Assembly: GCA_029259795.1 (NCBI GenBank)
Contig: JAJDEM010000044.1
Location: forward strand, 1 to 41,920
Reading direction: 5' to 3'
Length of the DNA: 41,920 bases
From: Planctomycetota bacterium
Lineage (GTDB): Bacteria > Planctomycetota > PLA2 > JAEUHO01
Shown: positions 26,170 to 33,656 of the stretch, one piece after another
How the letters are laid out: each line of letters begins with the position of its first letter
Numbering within the stretch: position 1 is the first letter of the stretch
Notes under the pieces: generated by a model
Told to the model about the DNA's origin: nothing
What the model saw: the letters and a program-made list of their open reading frames with translations, nothing else
Databases searched by the model: none
Translations under genes and position numbers: made by a program

Positions 26170-27552
26170 TCAGGGCACGCGCCGGAGGCCGTTGCCCCAG
26201 TTTGCGAAGGTCCGAAGCCCTTCGCGGATGGCGCGCGCGTTGTCACGTCGCTCAGCGACACCCGTCGGCTGCGCTCCCTCGCCCTGCTCAGGCTCAGAGA
26301 CCAGCGGCGAACTGAACACAGGCACCGGCTTGCATGACCCGTTGGCCGGCGGCTTCCCAAGGATCGTGCAACTCGGCTGGTCGACCAGTTTCGGCCTGTC
26401 ATCACCCCAGACCACAGTCTTCTTCCTCCAGACGAAGAAGTGGCCGTGACTCCACGGGCTCCTGGGGCGGCATGGATCCAGATTGTGCTGGCATCCGAAG
26501 TTGTGGGCGACCTCATGCGCCAGCGCAAAGCCCCCGTCCAGATACAACCAACTCGTGATGCTGTAGGCGCGCTCGGCGAAATCGTCGTCTTCCGCCTTCC
26601 GGATCTCGGCCTCGCCCCAGTCGTTCGAACGCCGGCGGGCGACCAGCACGGAGACCGCATCGGCCCGCAGACGCCTCCGCTCGCGCCGAAGCGCGGCTAC
26701 ACCCTGAACGCGTGACAGCAACTCGGGATCACTTGCCGTGCCTTCTTCGAACTGACTCAACGCCATGAAGTCGAGGACGCAGATCTTTGTGGGAACACGG
26801 CTCCGACGCAACGCCTCGTTGAAGAAACAGACGGCGTTGGCGACCCGCGCCACAATGCGAGTTTCGTCGGATCCCGCAGCGAGCGAAACCTGGCGCGTGT
26901 AACCAATCAGCAGATCGATGCGTGTTCCGTCGTCTCGTTGTTTGCGCCGCATGTCAGGCGGCCGCCTGCGGGTGAGACGAGCGGGCAGGCATGGCGTCGA
27001 GCGCTTGCTCGCGAGCTTCGCGCTGGCAAGTGAGAGTGGCGCGTCCCGCCACACGTAGAGGACGTCGTCCCTGTAGGCATGCGGCGTAGCCATGTATTCG
27101 CGGAGGCGGCCGCGGTGGAAGACGACCAGGTTCGTCGTGTACTTCCGGGCCAGCCCCTTCCCCGGCCGGAGAACGAAGGACATGAACGCGCGGGGCTCGC
27201 CGGGCTTGCCAACACTCGCGTAGCTGATCGCACCGCGCACGCAGCGGCATCCCCGGACGAAGCGCAAGACGCGGGACTCGTCATCGGCGAGTTCGAGCCG
27301 GATCGTCAGCCGCGGCTTGCCGATCATGGGCCCCAACTGCCCCCAGTCCACAAACGCCAGGCCGAGCGTCTCCCTGGAGCGCCCTGTTCGAAAGCCGCTC
27401 CTCACAAGCATCTGATCGTCAGTCCAATCCAGCTTGGGCAGGGAGGAGACGGCCGTCATGCCGGCGTTGTCGTCAGCGCGGACCACAGTGGGGTCGACAA
27501 AGAGCGCGAGGAGCGCCGCGAGCAGGACGAGAGAGAGGAAACGCACTGCCAT
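26170..27552 (-). CDS. Secreted reprolysin-like (M12) zinc metalloprotease, paralog A
   Basis: Signal peptide MAVRFLSLVLLAALL...VRA-DD; IDLLIGYT, ADAVSVL, HEVAHNFGCQH, WSHGH, TILG, FSSP. Confidence 0.85.
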   Translation of the reverse strand: MAVRFLSLVLLAALLALFVDPTVVRADDNAGMTAVSSLPKLDWTDDQMLVRSGFRTGRSRETLGLAFVDWGQLGPMIGKPRLTIRLELADDESRVLRFVRGCRCVRGAISYASVGKPGEPRAFMSFVLRPGKGLARKYTTNLVVFHRGRLREYMATPHAYRDDVLYVWRDAPLSLASAKLASKRSTPCLPARLTRRRPPDMRRKQRDDGTRIDLLIGYTRQVSLAAGSDETRIVARVANAVCFFNEALRRSRVPTKICVLDFMALSQFEEGTASDPELLSRVQGVAALRRERRRLRADAVSVLVARRRSNDWGEAEIRKAEDDDFAERAYSITSWLYLDGGFALAHEVAHNFGCQHNLDPCRPRSPWSHGHFFVWRKKTVVWGDDRPKLVDQPSCTILGKPPANGSCKPVPVFSSPLVSEPEQGEGAQPTGVAERRDNARAIREGLRTFANWGNGLRRVP

Positions 27553-27848
27553 GGGCCATGCTCCGCTGGGAGCACCAGTGGACGCCAAGCAGGGCCACCA
27601 AATCAAGCCTGCGCCGCTGCCGTCAGTTTCGGGGCGTGTGCCGCGCTCTGGCAGGAGGTACTGCGCTGCTAGATTGGGCGCCGAGGCGCCGGCGACCGTC
27701 CGGCCGGCAGTCCTGCTGCTCTCCAAAGAAGGGGATGCGACGTGAACCACCCGCCTGAGAGACAGCCGACACCCGACCGAATGACAACGGCGTGGCCGCT
27801 ACGGCGAGGGCTCGCAAGGCCCGCGATCTCCAAGCCGTAGGGCAATCC

Positions 27849-28508
27849 ATGGCGACCGTCATCTTCGACTTCGACAGTGTGCTGATTCCGTGCGAGAGCC
27901 TCGAGGTGGTGCTGGCGCGGAGCGCGGGGCTCACCGACGAGGACTTCGCGGCCATCGAGGCGCTGACCACAGCGGGCATGGAGGGGCGGATCTCGTTCGC
28001 GGAGTCGCTGGAGCAGCGGCTGGCGATCGCGCAGCCGAACCTGGGGACGCTGATGGCCTTTGCCTGGCGGCTCGCGGAGAAGCCCACAGCGGGCGCGGCC
28101 GAGCTGATCGCCACGCTCACGGCCCAGGGCCATGAGGTGTGGATCGTCAGTGGCGGGTTCCAGGAGATGCTCTCTGAGGTCGGGAGCAGCCTGGGTGTTG
28201 CGGCAGATCGGATTCACGGCGTCCAGGCCCGCTGGAGCGACGACGGCGCGTTCGAGGGTCTCGCTCCCGACTCGGCGTTTGGTCGCTCCAAGGTCGAGGG
28301 GTTGACCGCACTTGGCGCGGCCTATCCCCGTCCGGCGATCGGTGTGGGCGACGGCGCCACGGACCTCGCATTGCGTACGGCCGGCTTGGTCGACGCGTTC
28401 GTGGCCTACACCGAGCACGCGCGCCGGGAGCCCGTGGCTGCCGGCGCCGACGCGGAAGCCCGCTCGATGGAAGCCCTCGGACTGCTGCTCGGCGAGTTGC
28501 TTGCCTAG
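27849..28508 (+). CDS. serB: HAD-IB family phosphoserine phosphatase
   Basis: DFDSVL (motif I), ITxxGMxG-like TTAGMEGRISFAESL, VSGGF, K, GDGATD. serA and serC lie nearby. Confidence 0.8.
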   Translation: MATVIFDFDSVLIPCESLEVVLARSAGLTDEDFAAIEALTTAGMEGRISFAESLEQRLAIAQPNLGTLMAFAWRLAEKPTAGAAELIATLTAQGHEVWIVSGGFQEMLSEVGSSLGVAADRIHGVQARWSDDGAFEGLAPDSAFGRSKVEGLTALGAAYPRPAIGVGDGATDLALRTAGLVDAFVAYTEHARREPVAAGADAEARSMEALGLLLGELLA

Positions 28509-28511
28509 GCG

Positions 28512-30440
28512 CTACGAGTCGCTCTTCGTCCCGAGCTCGGTCTCGAAGCCGACCCAGACGGTGTGCGCGTCGTCGCCTGAGAGGAACTTCGCCATGTCGT
28601 AGCTGTACTGGATGCGCAGCCGGATCGCCGGGTTCATCGTATTGACCAAGCGGATCTTCGACTGGTTGAACGCGATCGGAATGATCGCCAGGGCAGAGAT
28701 TCGCTGACGGTCGTGGCGGAGCGGGTCCGCCTCCCGCCCGCTGAAGGTCGACGCCCCGCTCGTGGCGTCGAAGCCGACGAACGAGTCGCGCGCCCCCGTG
28801 GCGTAGTCGTAGCGCACACCGACGGCCATGTTCCGCGTGACCGATGTGACGGCCTGCGCGTAAAAGCCCCAGTCTTCGAGCTCGTCCTTCGAGAGAACGT
28901 TGGGGTTGCCTCCGCCGTCGACCGCGCTGTAAGCGTCTGTCCGAATCCGGCGGTGCATGATCTCCGCAACGAACATCGTGCGGATGCCGTTGCGGGAGGC
29001 GTCGACGATGTCGACGCGCACGTCGCCGCCGAACACCGTGGTGTGCCCTTCCTTGCCCGTGTTGTTCGGGCCGAACATGCCGGACCCGCCGATCTGCATG
29101 GCCGTGCAACCATTGACCGGAAGGACATGGGCGACGCGGCCGTGCCAGACGAGATCGGAGAAGTTCTTGCCCTCCAACTTCACCGAGTGCCAGATCTTGG
29201 AGAGGCCACCCATGCTGAAGCCGGTAAGCTCGGCCTCTGCCTGATCGAGGTCTTGGGCTCCGATATGGATGCGCAGCCGGCGGGCCACATCGTGGATGGC
29301 GAAGTCGGCTCCGATCGACTTGAAGCCGTCCTTGCCGAGGACGCGCGTGCGGATGATCGGTGAGTCCACGAAGTGCCACGCGCCGTCGGTGTACATGTTG
29401 TGGATGCCGAAGGGAGCCCGATACGTACCGGCCGCCAAGGCAAACCCCGAGGCCACCTCGGAGAAGAGCGAGGCCTCCTCGACGTCGATTTCGGTCAGAT
29501 CGCCGGACACGCTGTCGACGACCGAGTTGAAGCGCAGATCGCCGCCCAGGTACTCATCGAAGAGATCCGCTCCGGCCTGCGTCGTCACGACATGCGCGAA
29601 GAACCCACGCGACTTGGGGTCGAGTTCGCCCTGCTGAAGGATCGGAAGCCGCTTGTCGTCGGTGCTCGAGCCGCCATACATGATCCGAGCCGAGGCACTC
29701 ACGTACCACGGGACGCGCATGCCCCCGAGCTGGATGGCGGACGGCGAGACGCTCTCGGCCGCCGGGCCCGCGGCAGACGAGTAGCGCGAGAAGCCCACCG
29801 ACTGCGCACGCGGCATGGGCGCGCCCGTCTGCGGGAGGCTGCGGGCCAGGGGTCCGCCGCGGGAGTCGGCGTTGTACAGGCGAGACGGGGTTCGGCTCCC
29901 GCGGGCCGCGATGGAGCCTGCGTATGGCCGCGCCTCATGGCCCAGCATGCCGACCCCTCCCGAGTTGCCCTCGCGGAAGAACGGCTGACGCGGCGTGCTT
30001 CGACCGCGTCGCGGGAGCGTGTCCAGCATGGGCAAGGAGAACCAACGCCGTTCGAATTGACGCGGCCGCGCGAGCCGCTGCTGGGCCTCGATCACGGCCG
30101 CGCCATAGGCATCTTCGTAGGCTTGTCGCACCGACGGCGCCACGGGCCGCACGGCAGAGTGGCCCGGTGTGCGAACCAGGGGCTGCATCGGCACACGCCA
30201 GCCATGGTCCACGACGCGTGCGGTAGCCCTGGGGTCGGCAACGACCCCATAGGTGATCCCGCCAGCGCCGTTCGGCGGGCGGGAGGGACAGGGGATGTCA
30301 TCCCGAATCGAGTCCCGGACGTACTCCACCACAGGCCCCTCCTCATCAGCGAGGGCTACCTGCACCCCATGACCCCCAAGCACTAGCACCCCTTGAATCG
30401 CAAGGGCGTATGCCAACGTCGAATGCAGCAGTCTCATCAC
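28512..30440 (-). CDS. Putative outer-membrane beta-barrel/porin-like protein with a long Pro/Arg-rich N-terminal region
   Basis: Signal peptide ending ALA-DEE; amphipathic strands and motifs VEEA, PFG.HN, FGPNN.G, WGFYAQ, GVRYDY, LRIQYSYD, VWVGFE. Confidence 0.7.
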   Translation of the reverse strand: MMRLLHSTLAYALAIQGVLVLGGHGVQVALADEEGPVVEYVRDSIRDDIPCPSRPPNGAGGITYGVVADPRATARVVDHGWRVPMQPLVRTPGHSAVRPVAPSVRQAYEDAYGAAVIEAQQRLARPRQFERRWFSLPMLDTLPRRGRSTPRQPFFREGNSGGVGMLGHEARPYAGSIAARGSRTPSRLYNADSRGGPLARSLPQTGAPMPRAQSVGFSRYSSAAGPAAESVSPSAIQLGGMRVPWYVSASARIMYGGSSTDDKRLPILQQGELDPKSRGFFAHVVTTQAGADLFDEYLGGDLRFNSVVDSVSGDLTEIDVEEASLFSEVASGFALAAGTYRAPFGIHNMYTDGAWHFVDSPIIRTRVLGKDGFKSIGADFAIHDVARRLRIHIGAQDLDQAEAELTGFSMGGLSKIWHSVKLEGKNFSDLVWHGRVAHVLPVNGCTAMQIGGSGMFGPNNTGKEGHTTVFGGDVRVDIVDASRNGIRTMFVAEIMHRRIRTDAYSAVDGGGNPNVLSKDELEDWGFYAQAVTSVTRNMAVGVRYDYATGARDSFVGFDATSGASTFSGREADPLRHDRQRISALAIIPIAFNQSKIRLVNTMNPAIRLRIQYSYDMAKFLSGDDAHTVWVGFETELGTKSDS

Positions 30441-30473
30441 TCACCCCCCAGTTCCAAGGCACGCACGCGACGA

Positions 30474-31160
30474 TCAACGCTTGACCGGCAGGAAATCGAT
30501 CTCACCCATTTTTACTTTCGCGTAGTCATCCACGAGGATCGCGTCATAGGGACTTCCCGCAGGTTCAAGACGCTTGGTCGTTGCGTCGATCTGCAATATC
30601 TTCTGGCCGCGCGAGCTGACGACCGCGAGCAGCGTCGCGATCGAGCGTCCCTTGTCGTCGACCCCGATGTCGACGACGAGCACAAGCGAACAATCCTGAA
30701 GTACGCCAGCGCAGTCAGCTGTCGAGCACGACGGTCGAATGCAGATGTCGACCGTCCTGCGTCCCCCCAAGCAGGCGATGGAACTCGTCAGCACCACCGA
30801 GGGAGGCTGGAACGAGTACGCCGTCGTGTGACGCCAGAACGTGCGAGCGTCATAGAGGTCTCGGACGATTCTGTCGTGGATGGGCCCCGATTTGAGATCC
30901 GACTCGTCGGGCGCGTCGGCGAACTCCTGCACCACCACTTGGGCGAACGCTGCGGCGCAGACCAGATCCCGCCAAGCCTGCGGCTGATTGCAGTCCCCGC
31001 ACCGTTGTGCGGCAGGCGTGCAGAGCATCGCGCCGCGCACCTCCGATGCGAGGCGGCGGTTGGCATCCGAAGGAGGCACCCCGGACACGCACCCCGCACA
31101 AGCGAGAATCAGCCCGGCCCCCACGACCGTACACACCCACGAACCCACGCGACCGCCCAT
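30474..31160 (-). CDS. Hypothetical Cys-rich lipoprotein
   Basis: Hydrophobic leader with LACAG-C lipobox; 12 Cys in total including CGDC. Co-oriented 33 nt upstream of the porin gene. Confidence 0.55.
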   Translation of the reverse strand: MGGRVGSWVCTVVGAGLILACAGCVSGVPPSDANRRLASEVRGAMLCTPAAQRCGDCNQPQAWRDLVCAAAFAQVVVQEFADAPDESDLKSGPIHDRIVRDLYDARTFWRHTTAYSFQPPSVVLTSSIACLGGRRTVDICIRPSCSTADCAGVLQDCSLVLVVDIGVDDKGRSIATLLAVVSSRGQKILQIDATTKRLEPAGSPYDAILVDDYAKVKMGEIDFLPVKR

Positions 31161-31284
31161 GGCACCCCCCCCCACGACCCGCGCCTGCAGTCCCTGCAAC
31201 ACCGCGAACGGCGCGGTTCTAGCATGTTTGCCGCCCGCGCGGCAAGCGCCGCGGGCTGGGGGGGCCCCTTGCGATCCTCTGGCG

Positions 31285-32520
31285 GTGACAACGACACGCC
31301 TCAGCCATCCCCGCGACCAGATCCGCTTCCTCTTGCTGGAGGGGATCCACGAGCGCGCGGTGGAGGTGCTCTGCGAGCGGGGCTACACGAACGTCCGGCG
31401 GGAGTCGGGCGCCTTGCCACGCGACGCGCTGCTCGAGGCTGTGGCCGACGTGCACTTCATCGGCCTGCGCTCGCGCACGCAGCTGGACGCCGAGGTGCTG
31501 GCCGCGGCGGAGCGGCTCACCGGCGTCGGCTGCTTCTGCATTGGCACGAACCAGGTCGACCTCGTCGGCGCCGCCCACAAGGGCGTTCCGGTATTCAACG
31601 CTCCCCATTCGAACACACGCTCGGTTGCCGAGTTGGTCATCGGGCTCGCGGTCATGTTGTTTCGCGACATCTTCCGCAAGAGCACGACCGCGCACGCAGG
31701 GGGCTGGCTCAAGACCGCCAAGGGCGCGCGCGAGCTGCGCGGGCGCAGGCTCGGCATCGTCGGCTATGGCCACATCGGATCCCAGGTCTCGGTGCTCGCC
31801 GAGTCGATGGGCATGAACGTCATCTACTACGACGTCAAGCCGGTGCTCTCCATGGGCAACGCGACCTCGACGACTTCCCTCGCCGCCTTGCTGGCCGAGA
31901 GCGATCTCGTCACCCTGCACGTGCCCGAGACGCCGCAAACAGAGAAGCTCATTGGCGCCGCCGAGGTCGCGGCCATGAAGCCGGGGGCGCATCTCATCAA
32001 CGCGAGTCGCGGGACGGTGGTCGACGCCGACGCCCTGGCGGCGGCGCTGGCCAGCGGCCAGGTCGGGGGTGCTGCGGTGGATGTGTTCTCCCGCGAGCCC
32101 AAGGGACCAGACGAGACGTTCGAGAACCCGCTCCGCGGCGTGCCGAACGTCATCCTCACCCCCCACATCGGCGGCTCGACGTTGGAGGCCCAGGAGTCCA
32201 TCGGCGTCGATGTGGCCACCAAGCTCGCGGCCTACAGCGACAGCGGCACCACAACCGGGGCCGTGAACTTCCCGCAGTTGAATCTCGCCCCCAACGACGA
32301 CTGCCACCGGGTCCTCCACATCCACCGCAACGAGCCGGGCGTGCTGGCCCGCATCAATGGGGTCCTCGCGGCGCAGGACGCCAACATCCTCGGTCAGCAC
32401 CTCCAGACGCAGAATGGCGTGGGCTATGTGGTCACGGATGTCGCAGAGATCGACGCGGCCGCCACCCTGCCCCAGCTCAAGGCTGTGGAAGGCACGCTGC
32501 GCACGCGCATCTTGTATTAA
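31285..32520 (+). CDS. serA: D-3-phosphoglycerate dehydrogenase with ACT domain
   Basis: LLLEGIH, GLRSRT, GCFCIGTNQVD, NAPHSNTRSVAE, GIVGYGHIG, LHVP, INASRG, LTPHIGGST, HIHRNEPGVL; 411 aa from GTG at 31285. Confidence 0.97.
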   Translation: MTTTRLSHPRDQIRFLLLEGIHERAVEVLCERGYTNVRRESGALPRDALLEAVADVHFIGLRSRTQLDAEVLAAAERLTGVGCFCIGTNQVDLVGAAHKGVPVFNAPHSNTRSVAELVIGLAVMLFRDIFRKSTTAHAGGWLKTAKGARELRGRRLGIVGYGHIGSQVSVLAESMGMNVIYYDVKPVLSMGNATSTTSLAALLAESDLVTLHVPETPQTEKLIGAAEVAAMKPGAHLINASRGTVVDADALAAALASGQVGGAAVDVFSREPKGPDETFENPLRGVPNVILTPHIGGSTLEAQESIGVDVATKLAAYSDSGTTTGAVNFPQLNLAPNDDCHRVLHIHRNEPGVLARINGVLAAQDANILGQHLQTQNGVGYVVTDVAEIDAAATLPQLKAVEGTLRTRILY

Positions 32521-32551
32521 CCTCCCGGGCTGCCCCAAGGAGGAGCACGCG

Positions 32552-33604
32552 GTGAGCATCGTCTATCTCGGCATCGGCCCGTCGGAAGTCAGTGCGGCTG
32601 TCCGCCAGGACCTCGCCGACTTGGCCACCAGCGGCCTTCTCTCGGAGAGCCACCGCGGGCCCGCAGTCCAAAACGAGCTCAAGCAGACGACCGCCAATCT
32701 GCGCAGCGCGATGGGCATACCCGCCGACTACGCCGTCATCTTCCAGCCGTCGGCAACGGCAGCCATGGAGCTGATCCTGCGCAACACGGTGCGCGCGCGC
32801 TCATTTCACTTCGTGGACGGCGCCTTCTCGGGCCGCTTCGCCTCGACCGCCGACCAGATCGGCATCGGCACGACGGTTCACGATCACGCGTGGGACGAGC
32901 CGCTCCTGCCGGAGGAGGCAAGGATCGACGATGTCGTCGAGCTGATCTCCCTGGCGCACAACGAGACCAGCACCGGCCAGATGTGGCCGTGGGAGACCAT
33001 CCGCGCGCTGCGCGAGCGCCACCCCGACCCGCTGCTCTCCATCGACGTCACGTCCACCTTCGGTGCGGTCGCCATGGACTGGACCTTGGCCGACTTCTGG
33101 TTCTTCTCCGTCCAGAAGTGCATGGGCCTTCCGGCCGGACTCGGCGTACTGATCGCCAGTCCGCGCGCTGTCGATCGTGCGCGTGAACTCGGGCCGCTCC
33201 GGCAGGTGGCTGGCTGGCAGGACCTCGTGGGCCTCGCCGAGCGCATCAAGGTCGGAGAGACCGTCGAGACGCCCAACGTGCTGGGCATCGCGTTGCTGGG
33301 TCGCCAACTGGCCCGCTGGGATCTCGCCCGCATCGACGCCGACACCCACGCCAAGGCAGCCTGCGTCGCCGAGGCCGTCTCAGACGAGGCGTACTTCATA
33401 CGCGACCCCGCCTGGCGTTCCGTCACCGCGCACAACCTGCAGTTTGACGACGTCGCCGCCGTGAAGGCCCGAGCCCTCACAGCGGGCTTTGCGCTCGGCG
33501 CGGGCTACGGCCCCTTGCGCGAGAAGTGCGTGCGCCTCGCGACGTTCCCGACCGTGACGGTCGATCAGGTTCGCGAGGCGCTGGCTGCGATCACCGGGGT
33601 CTAA
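32552..33604 (+). CDS. serC: Class V PLP aminotransferase, probable phosphoserine aminotransferase
   Basis: AGGAGGAG SD and GTG at 32552; GPS, SHR, HNETSTG, IDVTS, SVQKCMGLPAG (PLP Lys), ETPN, GYG. Directly downstream of serA. Confidence 0.85.
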   Translation: MSIVYLGIGPSEVSAAVRQDLADLATSGLLSESHRGPAVQNELKQTTANLRSAMGIPADYAVIFQPSATAAMELILRNTVRARSFHFVDGAFSGRFASTADQIGIGTTVHDHAWDEPLLPEEARIDDVVELISLAHNETSTGQMWPWETIRALRERHPDPLLSIDVTSTFGAVAMDWTLADFWFFSVQKCMGLPAGLGVLIASPRAVDRARELGPLRQVAGWQDLVGLAERIKVGETVETPNVLGIALLGRQLARWDLARIDADTHAKAACVAEAVSDEAYFIRDPAWRSVTAHNLQFDDVAAVKARALTAGFALGAGYGPLREKCVRLATFPTVTVDQVREALAAITGV

Positions 33605-33656
33605 CCCGGGGCCGGTCTTCCCGCCCCCTACACCGTTCGCCGCCTTCGCTTCCCGA

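Noticed and set aside
30441-30476. UGA readthrough from the Cys-rich lipoprotein into the in-frame porin gene
   Set aside because: A second in-frame TGA lies directly before the porin start, which has its own SD-like run and signal peptide.
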